DNA of 64,000 bases from Octopus sinensis (lineage: Eukaryota). Of the stretch, positions 1 to 12,700 are shown one piece after another. The stretch covers positions 104,160,001 through 104,224,000 of the forward strand of contig NC_043001.1 of the NCBI RefSeq assembly GCF_006345805.1. Reading direction: 5' to 3'. The notes under the pieces are model-generated. The model saw only the letters and a program-made list of their open reading frames with translations, made no database searches and was not told the DNA's origin. Each line of letters begins with the position of its first letter. The stretch's first letter is position 1. The translations under genes were made by a program, and so were the position numbers.

Positions 1-41
1 ATACATACATATACATACATATGCATATATATATATATATG

Positions 42-204
42 CGACGGGCTTTTTTCAGTTTCCGTCCACCAAATTCACTCACAAGGCTTTGGTCGGCCAT
101 AGGCAATAATAGAAGACACTTGCCCAAGGTGCCACACAGTGGGACTGAACCCGGAACCACGTGCTTGGGAAGCAAGCTTCTTACCACACAGTCACGCCTG
201 TGCC
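42..204 (-). mobile_element. tRNA-headed SINE family A, 5' half
   Basis: Reverse complement carries A-box-like TGACTGTGTGG, B-box-like GGTTCAGTCCC and the central GGCACCTTGGGCAAGTGTCTTCTA block found in >15 copies in the window. Confidence 0.85.
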
Positions 205-410
205 TATATATACATCGTTCTTATATGAACATGGATGTATAAAAATTTGTGTATATATATACATACATACATATCAGTGTATGTATTTACATATGTGTGT
301 GTTTGTGTGTGTGTTTATGTGTGTGTGTGTGTGTGTGTGAGGATATTATTGTTTAAAATAATATTAGTGGTTTAGCATGCGTAAACAACCCATAATGGTA
401 AAAATATTAT

Positions 411-579
411 CAATTAATAATTAAGGGTGCTAACGGGCAGTACCGGCATGCTAAACATAGCAGTCAAAGTGACCAAACCACAAGTTTTCATTTAAACACA
501 ATGAAAACATGTGGTTTGATCATTTTGACTGCTATATTTAGCATGCCCCGGTACTGCCTGTTAGTACCATTTATTATTG
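411..579. repeat. Imperfect fold-back hairpin, about 85 bp arms, 7 nt loop
   Basis: GGTGCTAACGGGCAGTACCGG...GTTTTCATT taaacac AATGAAAAC...CCGGTACTGCCTGTTAGTACC; arms pair by eye and the right arm runs into (TA)n. Confidence 0.85.
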
Positions 580-900
<321 letters not shown>

Positions 901-1515
901 CTGTAAAGCGTTTCTCTGACATTACCTCGACCTTTCATATCGACCTTTGTTCCTATCCAATGTTTTTTTAAATTCTCCGGCGTTCTTCGTATCTTCTCCG
1001 CGCTCTGACCGTCCACACACTCCTACTAATACTTTCTGTCTATCTATCTCGCCTTCTCCCTTTCCCTCCTCCTTCTCCTACCTTATTACCACGTCCTTCT
1101 CTCTCCTTCTCTTTGGTTCAAACTCTTATCAAAATTTATTTCGCTTTCAACGTCAATTACTTTTGCCTTTCTTTTCAACAGAACATTTCTTTCGTCGCGA
1201 AACCTTTCAATTCTCCATTCCCCAACGACGTGGACTCTATTCCTGTCTTTGAATTCTTTTTATTTCTATTTCCCTTCACAGAAAAATCATTAAACCACTT
1301 CCAATAAATCCTGCTCTTTGACTACATTTTTTCCAATTATTTTTCTTTCATGTATGATACAAGAAGTAGAATTCACCAATTTAAGGGTGATTTCCTCAAG
1401 AATATTACATCCAATATATTGTTTCTTCCCTCTCTTGAATCATTTGTCTTTAAATATTAATTTCAAGAAAAACAAATTTCTCTCTTCTGTAATCGCAACG
1501 AATACTAAACATGTT

Positions 1516-2058
1516 GCTCGGGGTCAGATCATTAAGTATCGGGAGAGATACTATAAAACGATAACTAATCTGCATTTAATCTATTTAAACTGTCAATTCG
1601 GCATTTAATCTCCTTCGAAGTAATCCCTTTATTCGTTTCCATGGATGGAAGCATTCATGGAACTCCTTTTTGTTTATTGAGTAGCTTCCTCATCGCATTC
1701 TCTTAGATTTCCTCAACGTCTTGAAATTTTGTTGGGGTATTTCCATTGCAAAGACTGTGCCCTGGTTTTGGGGGTCGTAGCCATAGACCCATGATTCGTC
1801 ATCTGTCACGACCGTTTACCGTTTTCAAAAACTTTTGAATGCCTCAACACAATCGAGAAGATTCTGCGCAACTGAAACCTGATCGTCTTTTTCAGACGAT
1901 CACACTCTACGCATTTTACTTGCAAACATTGCTATAAACAACGGAAGTGAGTGAGAACTTTGTAACTTGGTGTGCATTTCTGCCTCGCGGCTTCCATCAG
2001 CGTACTTTTGCTCCGTTACTATAGCAACACTCCCGATACTTTTTGATCAGACCTCGTA
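1516..2058 (-). mobile_element. Internally deleted mariner element with both TIRs
   Basis: TIRs 1516-1545 (GCTCGGGGTCAGATCATTAAGTATCGGGAG) and 2030-2058 (CTCCCGATACTTTTTGATCAGACCTCGTA); minus-strand fragments EKDDQVSVAQNLLDCVE, TDDESWVYGYDP, FQDVEEI and terminal DYFEGD*. Confidence 0.8.
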
Positions 2059-2812
2059 CACAATAGAAATACATGCAAACGTAATAACCACACAGTGATA
2101 AAATTAATATAGTTATGCATACACAATACAAGCACGAGAAGACTCGATACACAATCAAATACTTTAGGAAAGTATGAGAAGAGTTACAATTTAAGCGAGA
2201 GGATTGATGTTAGCATAGGAGTGCGATCCATGGAAGCAAGGGAAGCAATGCTTCCCTTAAACATTATAGAAACAAAATTGAAACTATGTTATTTATTTTT
2301 CATAAGATCGTTCTTCTAATGTTCTGTAAAATTAATATAAACTGCATGACATCAAAGGCTTTTATTGTTGGAATTAGCATGAGACGACAAGCAGTGGCAG
2401 ACGACACAAGAAAGTCTGTGCAAGGGAAGCAACAGGAGCTGTCGCATCCGTTTCGGTGTAATATTTTAACATTTTCCCAATAAAAATGCCACAAGGGCAA
2501 TTTTTTTCTCGTAAGAGCTGATAACGAATAGTTTTAGATACTAAAACGATATGGGTTGGCGACATAAAGGGCATCCGGCCACAGAAAAAATCTGATTCAG
2601 TAAATTCGTTCCGACCCAAGTAAACATAGAAAAGAGAACATTAAGACGATGATGGTGATGATGATGAGGGGGATGAATATGATTCAAACAAAAATGAACA
2701 AAAGAAGATAACTTGGGCTGGTCATTAGCATGTATTTAAAGAACATAGACAAATATAGCTATATCAAATACCATACAATATAAATTCTTTATCAAAATTC
2801 TTCACCTCTAGA

Positions 2813-2970
2813 GCATCTGTCGCTACGTTCTGAGTTCAAATTCCGCCGAAGTCGACTTTGCCCTTCATCCTTTCAGGGTCGATAAATTAAGTACCAGTTG
2901 CACACTGGGGCCAATCTAATCGACTGGTCCCCTTCCCAAAAAAATTGGGCCTTTTGACTAGAGTAGAAAA
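2813..2970 (+). mobile_element. SINE family B, 5'-truncated
   Basis: GAGTTCAAATTCCGCCGAAGTCGACTTTGCCCTTCATCCTTTCAGGGTCGATAAATTAAGTACCAG matches the copies at 28673-28915 and 54147-54799. Confidence 0.75.
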
Positions 2971-3098
2971 CATAATGGTGTCATAAGAGCGACAATTGTC
3001 CAACCATATCTCCGGTAGTCAAGGGATTTAGGCTTATGCAAAGAGAGTAGAACAAGTTTATGGCGTAGGAAAGAGGGGCAAAGTGCAGAACTCAATAC

Positions 3099-3505
3099 GT
3101 TGTGGGGTAAGAAGTTTGTTTCCCAACTACATGGTTTCGGGTTCAGTCCCACTGCAGGACACCTTGCCTTGGTAAGTGTCTTCTACAATAGCCTCGAAGC
3201 CTTGTGAGTGGATTTGGTAGGTGGAAACTGAAAGAAGCTTGTTGCGCACGCGCGCGCGTGTGTGTGTGTGTGTGTGTGCGTGTGTGTGTGTGTGTGCGTG
3301 TGTGTGTATCTCACGACCACTTGATACACCGGTGTCGGTGTGTTTACGTCCCTGTGCTTTGAGTATCGGCAGAAGAGACAGACTGAATAAGTAAAAGGCT
3401 TTAGAAAAATAAGTATTTGAATCGATTCACCAGACTAAAAGATTCTTCAGGCCGGTACACCAGTATGGCCGCAGTTTAATGTCTGAACCAAGTAAAAGAT
3501 AAAAG
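3099..3505 (+). mobile_element. SINE family A, near full length
   Basis: Head, central block, internal (TG)n, CAGTATGGCCGCAGT tail and AGTAAAAGATAAAAG end. Confidence 0.8.
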
Positions 3506-4461
3506 AACTGATCGGCTGAAAAAGCCACAACACCGACTTCCGTGTCGTCGTTTTTCCAGCTGACAACCGGACCCTGTTTGTCTCTTAAATCATCGAATGT
3601 TTGAATATATTTTAAGATATATGAAAGCTATTGACAATCGCTTATCTCAGTATTCTTTATAGCGTCATGAAGAGATATCTTATAAAACCCGAAATAATTT
3701 GTTGCAATTCAGACACCTTTATTAGTTCATGGTTGATATTGATTTCAACTTTAGCATTATATGCTTCTGACTTCGCGAAATAATTACCATCATTCGTATG
3801 ATGTGGAAAATATTTCATCGACATTGCCCAAGTAATGTTGGCATCAGCTCTAAAATTCACCCAGGGCTTGGTCGTCTGCCATATGTCCTCAGCAAAAATC
3901 GTTCCTGCGTCACATCACAATACTAACACAGAAATATTTCACCTCAACTAGCCCTGCCCTCTTTGAGATCACAACCTAGACGAATAAGGAAAGGAAAATA
4001 TCTCATTACATTCAGATCTTTCCCGGATAAATTCTTTCAACAAATTCTAGGTCAACCACCTTCACTCGGATATATATCTGCAGACAATAACGCTTTACTT
4101 GAATGGATTACGGTACCCAGAATACGACTGCAGCACAAGACGTCATAAAATGTTTTCGCAGAGTCTCGCTATTAAGTTTCACATGGCCCACAGCCAACTC
4201 TGGCCGAAACCTGTCTATTTTATCAATATCTGCTTCATTCAGTCGCACAGTTTTACGCTTTACTAATATAGTAATCTTTTATCGTTTACTTGTTACAGTT
4301 ATTAGACTGAGGCCATACTGGAGCAACGCCTTCAGGAATTTTGTAGTCAAATGAATCGATTCCAATACTTTTTTTAAGCCTGGTACTTATTCTATCGGTC
4401 CTTTTTACCGATCCTCTAAGTCATGAGGACGCAAATACACCAATACCAGTTGTCAAACCAT

Positions 4462-4806
4462 ACATCGCAAAAAATGACATTGGCGAAACTACAGGAATTG
4501 GAGTTGGAAGTTCTCCATCATCCACCACACTCACCTGACTACCACTTCTTCCAGAATTTGGATAACTTTTTGATAGGAAAAATATTTAATTCCGACGATG
4601 CTGTAAAACAGGTCTTCCAAGATTTTATTGACTCTAGATTGCCAGGCTTTTACAGTTCCAGGCTGGACAAGCTACCGCTGAAATGGCAAAAGTGTATTGA
4701 CAATATAGGTGCATACTTTGAGGAATAAAACTATTCTTTGTATTTATAAAACATTAGCAAACTATTTTTTTTTCTTTTGTACAAATTCCATACTTGACGA
4801 CCTAAT
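4462..4806 (+). mobile_element. Mariner transposase 3' fragment with right TIR
   Basis: LQELELEVLHHPPHSPDYHFFQNLDNFL...WQKCIDNIGAYFEE* (C-terminal mariner motif, shortened YSPDLAPSD region); TIR AAATTCCATACTTGACGACCTAATA at about 4783-4806. Confidence 0.85.
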
Positions 4807-5179
4807 ATTTCTGTTACGTAGAATGTGTTTATCACAGCCAAACAGCAAAATCTTTATTCAGATTTAAGACATCAACCATAAGAAGAAATATAACGCTATC
4901 AACACACGTCTTAAAAACGTGATACTCGCTTACGAATTTCATTAAAAAATATTCTTTCAACCCGTTGTTCATAATCAAAAATTCTAATATCTCATTATTT
5001 TTGTTTGTCTTTTTTTTTTTTGTCTTTTGCCGTGTTCGTTTAAGATGAACGAAGTTTTGTAAATATATAAATTTTCGTTTTGATTTATCGTTTAAGAAGA
5101 CATATTCTATTTGTGTCGCTTTCGTTGTTATATGTCATTTCTTGTGCACGTGATAAATTTTAAAATATTTCTAATAAAA

Positions 5180-5264
5180 ATAGTATTTCTAATAAATAAA
5201 TTTTAGTTTTAGGCTATTATTTATAAAATGCTTCTATTCGAGGCATTTTGCATATTTTTTTTAT

Positions 5265-5313
<49 letters not shown>

Positions 5314-5535
5314 TGAGTAAAATAAAGGAAATAAAGTGAAGAAAACAAACAGGAAATTTTAAGTGTTTTAATATTTTTATTGTTTTGTTTTGTTGTTGAG
5401 ACCATATTCTAATTTTCCATTATTTCCTACATCCTAATATCGACAGAACGGAAGAGGCTGGACTTCTCAAAGTCCGTCCGATATTTTTCTTTAGAGTGCT
5501 ATGTGTAATCTTACTTGCATACTGTCCACGAATTT
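5180..5535 (+). repeat. Dispersed repeat, copy 1 (paired with 17167-17550)
   Basis: Long identical blocks such as GAGACCATATTCTAATTTTCCATTATTTCCTACATCCTAATATC and GAAGAGGCTGGACTTCTCAAAGTCCGTCCGAT. Confidence 0.85.
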
Positions 5536-5560
5536 ACAAGATGTGTGTGTGTGTGTGTAT

Positions 5561-5625
<65 letters not shown>

Positions 5626-5984
5626 ATAGATATATAGATAGATATACATAGATATATTTATGCGCAGATAAAGATGAACATCGATATAGAAAGATATGTT
5701 TAATGTTTGTTTTCCTTGAAATATCGTTCAATACATTTTAGTGTAGGCAGACGATGTTTTTGTCACATGACCTGACTAACTCCATCTTATATTTCTTCCT
5801 ATGCGAACGTACCGGAAGGCACAAGGTTTTATTATGAGGTCAGCTTAAAGTAGTCACGATGCTAAGGGCTTTTTGTGGTTGTTGTTTTTTTTCTTTTTAT
5901 TTATTCGTTTATTTTGCTTGTCTGAGCCGAGTGTCCAGCATAAAAATGCTCGTTCTTGCCTAAAAGACCAGTTGTGGTCAAGAA

Positions 5985-6350
5985 GCAGGAATGGCTGACA
6001 AAGAGTTGTATGCTGTTGAAGAGTTACATAATAAAAGTCACTGAAATTAGGGGCCAGTTTGAAGGAAAGATGGTTGGGGATCTTTGTAGAATATGGGAGA
6101 AGTGATACGGTCTAAGAGAAAACATGGAGTGATAAAGATTTTAGTGAAAGATGAGAGAGAAGGGAAAATGGTTAAGGATGAATTGTGCCTTGTTTGAGGA
6201 CGGTGATGCGATCAACATTAGGTGCATGGGGTTGGACATGGTTAACAATAGTCTGGGAGTAGCCATGACATACAAAATAAAGGGCCATCAGGTGAGGAGC
6301 GTGAGTCAGATGTCGATGTTGCTGTGATCAGCCAAGGTCCAGCAGACCTT
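5985..6350 (-). mobile_element. Possible decayed LINE apurinic-endonuclease fragment
   Basis: Weak by-eye similarity of minus-strand translation to the LVxHPT...LDLFLT...SDH region; many disruptions. Confidence 0.3.
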
Positions 6351-7334
6351 TTGTTAAAATTGTCAACAACGTACAACTAATTTTTCATATATACTAGGTT
6401 GTTTCTAGGACTGCATTATCTAAAGTGTCCTTCCCTTTCTTTAGGACATGAGTAAGATTTGATGAGTATTTGGGCGCTATTTCTAGTAGCTTAAGTAATG
6501 ATGTAGAGGCTCACTTATGGTGCACTCAGAGTTTATCACTCTGGTCATTCTGGGAATGAAAATTTTGACTGAATTGCAGAAAAGCCCTTACAACGTGTGT
6601 GCTGGGGGGGGTCCTCTTAACGTAGCGGTTCGGCAGAAAGAGACGAATAGAAAAAGAATCAGATTTTAAAACTTAAATATTGAGATCGATCTATTCGACT
6701 AAACCCTTCAAGGCGGGGTGCCCCAGCATGGCCACAGTCCAATGATTGAAATAACTAAAAGATAAAAAGATAAAGATCGTAACTACCTTTATAAGACATA
6801 TCAAGCCACTTTTTGAAAAAATGCGTCCAATTGCGAAGCAGACGACAGAGATTCCGAGGTACAATGGAACATCGATTTATTCCTTTGGAGTTTTGCAAAG
6901 AGACTTGCATGGCACGAAATATGAACACAACAATTGTGTGAGAGAGTATTAAGACAATTCATCAGAATATTATCACTGAGATGAATAGAAAAAAGTTGAC
7001 CTCCGTAGCAACACTATAAGTAGTTTTCGCATCATGGTAAAATTGGGGTAAGGCTGAGCTTCTTCAAGGTTTTGTCTTACTTCTCTCCCTTTTCTCCCCT
7101 TTTGCGATTCAAGACGATGCAGTTATTGTTAAGGTATCTATCTGAACAAGTTTTAGTTCATCCTTGTAAAGCTTCCTATCATTATTATATACAAGGACGG
7201 ACTGTCAGAATCGCTAGAACATCGCGAAAATGCTTTGTTCTATGTCTTTCAGCTCTTTGCGTTCTGAGTCCCCCAGGGGACCTTACTGGGCCCATTACTG
7301 TTCTCTATCTATATAAATGATATGTGCTAATCCT

Positions 7335-8020
7335 ACTAATTTATTAAATTTTCTATATTTCGCTGATGACTCTACTATTTTTATTAGTCACCAGGACCTT
7401 CCCTCCCGATTCAATTCAGAGCAGAACAAGATTTATCAATGGCTTATCGCTAATCAGCTTACCCTTAATATTTAAAAAAATGACCTGATACATGATTTTC
7501 TCCACAAAGCCCAAACAGCTTCTTCCTAATGTCCTCATTGCAGATAAAACAATTTCACATCAACAAACTTTCTCGGCATTCATATTCATGGTCCCTCAGT
7601 TTAATTTATTAAAACAAAATTTCCGTACTTTTTGTATGTTAAATAGAATTTATTACCTTCTTCCTAAAAATGTTAGAATCACTCTTTATCATTCTTTAAT
7701 ATACTCAAAATTCTCTTACTGTGTTTCTGACAGGGGAAATTGCAAATTCCATTTACTCAACCATAAAACATGGAAAACTCTCAAAATAAACAATCCTCAA
7801 TCGAAATTACTTTCATTTCACAACGTTTGAACGTTTTTGAACTTTCTGGTTTTTTCTATTGTTGTTTTTTCTAACTCTGTTTTCTCTTCTCGGTGTTCCT
7901 TCCTGTTGAAGAGCGAAGACTCGAAACGTAAAAGACTTCCCCACCTTCCCAAGCGTTAAACTAATACACCTTTTTATTGTTTATACACCAGTCTTCGTCT
8001 TTTGTCTTTTGTAAATTCAA

Positions 8021-8091
<71 letters not shown>

Positions 8092-8350
8092 ACTCTGCCA
8101 TTAAGCTCCACAAAATATTTCATCACCGTCATACATATTTCTATGAAATTATCCATCGCTATTCTCTCCCTCATAACTACCAAACAAGAGGTATCGCTGA
8201 CTTGAATTTTCAAACGCCCTTTTGTCAAAAAAGCTTTATTTATATCTGTATTAACACATGGAATAATATTTTACCACGAAAGCTAAAAAATTTTCCGCTG
8301 TCAAATTTCTAAAAATCATTTAAAACCCACCTTCTGCTGAACCAAACTCA
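7335..8350 (+). mobile_element. L2/CR1-group LINE reverse-transcriptase C-terminal remnant, interrupted
   Basis: YFADDSTIF, WLIANQLTLNI, YMIFS, ITLYHSLIYSKFSYC, then after the insert HNYQTR...NTWNNILP...NF*KSFKTHLL. Confidence 0.8.
7850..8022 (+). mobile_element. PLE-type tail fragment with hammerhead-like motif, inserted in the LINE remnant
   Basis: CTGTTGA-A-GAGC-GAAG-ACTC-GAAA-CG-TA-AAAGAC at 7903-7936; same family as the 3' end of the PLE at 38640-38810; followed by (TA)n. Confidence 0.65.
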
Positions 8351-8751
8351 TTTATAAATTTATTTTATAGACCTACAGTATTTTTGACTTTTTTGATATT
8401 TTATATTTCCAGACTTAAAGAGATTTACTTTTCATTTACGTTTTTGAAGAATACATTCATTTATTTATTTATTTATTTCAATACCCGCCAAGGCCAATTT
8501 TGCTTTTCATTCCTCCGGGGTCGATAGAAAATAAGTACCCGATACATACTACAGTCAATGGAATCGACACTCAAATTATAATTGCTGGTCGAGTGCCTAA
8601 ATTTGACACAAATATTATTCCAGACAATACCTTACCTGTAGCATCACTATTGCCTCACTTATTGCAAATAAGAGGCGAGTGAAGATACGGGAGACAATTG
8701 CCTATGGTTAGTTTTGCTCTGTGTGTGTGTGTCTGTGTGTGTGTGTGTGTC

Positions 8752-8810
<59 letters not shown>

Positions 8811-8812
<2 letters not shown>

Positions 8813-9175
8813 AGATGGCCTATACTTTAATTCAATAGATTTTATTAAATGAAGAAAACTGGTCTGTTGGCGACTTCATTCTATTTCGAGCAAATAGACC
8901 AACAATGAAATCATGTCGCTTAAAGACAGAAACACGTCTTCTATGAAATATTGGGCCTTTAGAAAGTTCTCTTGTGTGTGTGTGTGTGTGTGTGTGTTGT
9001 GTGTGTGTGTGTGTTTAGATGGCCTATACTTTAATTCAATAGATTTTATTAAATGAAGAAAACTGGTCTGTAGGCGACTTCATTCTATTTCGAGCAAATA
9101 GACCAACAATGAAATCATGTCGCTTAAAGACAGAAACACGTCTTCTATGAAATATTGGGCCTTTAGAAAGTTCTC

Positions 9176-9177
<2 letters not shown>
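8811..9177. repeat. Tandem duplication of a 163 bp unit between (GT)n tracts
   Basis: 8811-8973 and 9015-9177; one substitution seen (CTGTTGGC vs CTGTAGGC). Confidence 0.9.
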
Positions 9178-9226
<49 letters not shown>

Positions 9227-9619
9227 GTATTGATGCGTGTGCATGTGTGTGTGCACGAATGTGTAAGAGTATTTGTGTGTATATGCATACATGCATATAT
9301 TTGTCCAATATGCGTGTGTGTGTGTGTGTATGTTAATAAATATTCATGAGAAGAATTTTCATTAACACTTTTCTTACGTTCTTCGAAAGTCTTTGAAAGA
9401 TTGGTAAAGAAACATAACTGTGTGCAGCAGGTGAGTTATGAAAATTGGTTTGAATTGGGATGACATAACCCTCAAAAGATACCATCACTCATTCTCGGTC
9501 GTTATTCCTTCGTGCAATGTAACACAATATTTTGAAATTGTTTCTGCATTTCAATCTTTTATTCCTCTCGTTAGAGATATCGGGAAAGTATTTTAATGAA
9601 GAAAATGAAAAGCGGTAGT

Positions 9620-9651
<32 letters not shown>

Positions 9652-9789
9652 CATGCATACCCTGCTGTTGATGTTGAAATTCCAATGAAGGAACCATGGA
9701 TCTAGGTTAGAAACCGGTTCTTTCTCTATTGGCAAGAAATCATGAAATAAACTGGATAATGGCATACATACATACATACATACATACAT

Positions 9790-10120
9790 TCAAACTGCAG
9801 AACGGGGCGCCACTACATCAAAATACAGGACCAGATTCTGCAACAGCTTGGGCTTCAAGGTCCCACAGCTCTTTAATACCCTCTAAAATGCCTGAGAGAC
9901 CTGCATGGCGTCGATGTAAGTGTCTTTAAAACAAAACTGGATCTCTTCCTGTTACGGGTTCCAGACGAGCCTACCTCAAGGCAGGAAACACAGATGAAGG
10001 CAGCAGCATCAAACTTCCTCATTGACCAAATGCCACATATTAGAGGAGGTTCCAAATAATGGTGTAGCTCAGTCAATGGTGGTGCTCCAGCATGACCGCA
10101 GCTTTGCAGCTGAAACGTTT
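9790..10120 (+). mobile_element. CR1-like LINE 3' end
   Basis: Frameshifted ...LRDLHGVDVSVFKTKLDLFLLRVPDEP...AAASNFLIDQ followed by the tail GGTGGTGCTCCAGCATGACCGCAG...CTGAAAC. Confidence 0.7.
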
Positions 10121-10199
10121 AAAAATATTTAATACATACATTCATTCATACATACATACATACATACATACATACATACAACATACATACATACAATAC

Positions 10200-10490
10200 C
10201 ATTCGGAAAAGACTATCCTGGAACAAATATAGAGAATCCCCTTGTTATTGACTACGTAAACAAATACCAGCGCAAGGAATACTGGTGGAATATTCCCATC
10301 AAAACATATTTCATGAATAAGCATAACAGGTCGGATATCATTAGATGGAAGAGGCAAGCAAAGTATGGAACGTCATAGAGGTCAGATGTCCTGTTGATGA
10401 GAATATCTCTTTGAAAATCAGAGAGAAAGAACATAACTATGGACAACTACTTCGATACCTCCAGCTTCTATATTCGGATTACTTAATTAA
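10200..10490 (+). mobile_element. R4/Dong-type LINE restriction-like endonuclease fragment
   Basis: KEYWWNIPIKT...KHNRSDII...VIEVRCPVDENISLKIREKEHNYGQLLRYLQLLYSDY; related to 21900-22765. Confidence 0.8.
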
Positions 10491-11560
10491 GTACAAATTA
10501 AATTGGGAGATAGTGTGTGAAACTAAATCATATAGTATAGGTAATAAATTCTGTCTTCTATGTACACATGAATTTATGGAAATATTAAAAGCTAAAAGAA
10601 AATTGATTAACGTCCAGGATGAACGAAAAATTAAATGTAAACATAAGCTAAATTGCCAATTTAATACGATGAGATAAGATTAGTCTCTTTGGAAAATAAA
10701 TAAAACCCTAATTTTAAATCAATAAAATTTAGTCATAATTTTTAGATATAATTTATAATCATATTTTATGATTTTAGTATAACTAGAATATATGTATTTA
10801 TACATAAATGTAAGATAATATTTAGTTAACTTCTGATTTCAGATATTTTAGTTTTAAGTTTTAATTGAATTTTTAATCGAATTTTAGATTGTATTATTAT
10901 AAATTTTTAATATTAAATTAGAAACTCAATTTTAAGAGTAACATCAATTTTATAAAATTAGACTTTTACTTATTCAAAAATATTTTAAAATTTATCGGTT
11001 TAGTAACTTGGTGTACATGTTTGCCTATCTGTATGTTTGGTTGTTTGTTGATGTTGGTATATAAATAAAATAAATTAACCGCATAAAAAATTAGACTATT
11101 CCCATCATACATTTATTTCCGGCTTCTCCCTGTTTTTTATTACTTACTTCTCTTACACGGTATATATATAAAATAGCAAATATATTTTAAAAACTCTTAA
11201 ATGTTAATAAGAATTATCTCCACTACACTGGAGCTCTCAAGGTGGATTATACGTTGTTCACTTGGAATTACCAAAAAGATAAGTTAATATTTATTTTTAT
11301 TATTTTTTATTCCTCATTTGTGTTCCTTATTTAGTAATGAAAAATTATTTCGACGATTTCTAGTTGTATAATTTTGATTGTTATATAGAAGATAAATAGT
11401 AAAATAGTTTTATATAATCCAGACCTGAAAATTGGCAGTATAGTCGGATTGATATGGTATTGAACTTCGAGACCTTCTATTTCAGCAATACCGATGGGTA
11501 TATTGTCAAGAAACGCGCGTAGTCTATATAATTTAATATATGATTCAGAATAGTAATTGT
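10490..11560 (+). mobile_element. 5'-truncated Penelope-like element: GIY-YIG C-terminus plus AT-rich 3' region
   Basis: KLNWEIV..TKSYSIGNKFCLLCTHE..EILK...LINVQDE...KCKHK resembles the PLE endonuclease C-terminal W..I...Y....C.LC..E..I...LN..E...KC.H motif; hammerhead motif lies downstream on the same strand. Confidence 0.65.
11421..11525 (+). ncRNA. Hammerhead-ribozyme-like motif, long stem II, G8A core change
   Basis: Stem I AGAC/GTCT; core CTGAAAA; 11 bp stem II TTGGCAGTATA/TATATTGTCAA; GAAA; palindrome ACGCGCGT; GUA site at 11519-11521. Confidence 0.7.
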
Positions 11561-11762
11561 AGATATTAATTTTGATAAAACTTAATCTTATATATCTCTA
11601 TCATAAATAATGTCGTTCAACGTTGTTTGAGTTGCTTGAAGGTGGTTCTGTCTCTTAAACCTATCTATATATATGTATATAATACAATGAGAAATTCATT
11701 TTAGTACCACTAAATTGAATCACTTTCCCCTGTGGACTCGAAAATAAATTCCCTAATATTAA

Positions 11763-11815
<53 letters not shown>

Positions 11816-11884
11816 GATACATATACATATATATATAAATACATATATATGTATGTATATATATATATACATATATATACATAT

Positions 11885-11915
<31 letters not shown>

Positions 11916-12059
11916 ACATATATACACATATATATATATACATATATATATATATTATATATATATATATATATAATATATAAATACTTATATGTATATA
12001 TATATATATAATATATATATATATATGTATGTATATATGTATATATGTATGTATGTATG

Positions 12060-12132
<73 letters not shown>

Positions 12133-12269
12133 GTAGTCGTAGGAATAGTAATTTCAAATTTTGGCACATTACCTGCAATTTCGGGCGAGGGAATACGCTG
12201 ATTACATCAACCCCAGCACTCAACTGGTACTTATTTTATCGATCCTCGCCCACAAAAAAATAATAAAAC

Positions 12270-12439
12270 GGGTAAGGAGTGGCCGTGTGGTAAGTAGCTT
12301 GCCTACCAACCACATGGTTCCGGGTTCAGTCCCACTGCGTGGCACCTTGAACAAGTGTCTTTTACTATAGCCTGGGGCTGACCAAAACTTTGTGAGTGGA
12401 TTGGTAGACGGAAACTGAGAGAAGACCGTCGTGTGTATA

Positions 12440-12508
<69 letters not shown>

Positions 12509-12700
12509 TATGTTCGTGTGTCTGCGTTTGTCCCCCAACATCGCTTGACAACCCCCGTCACCTAGCAATTCGGCAAGAGGGAGCGATAAAATAAGTACTA
12601 GGCTTCCAAAGGATAAGTCCTGGAGTCGATTTGCTCGACTAAAGATGGTGCTCCAACATGGCCGCAGTCAAATGACTGAAATAAATAAACAAATAAAAGA
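12270..12700 (+). mobile_element. SINE family A, full length
   Basis: Head, central block, internal (TA)n and tail GGTGCTCCAACATGGCCGCAGTCAAATGACTGAAA. Confidence 0.85.
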
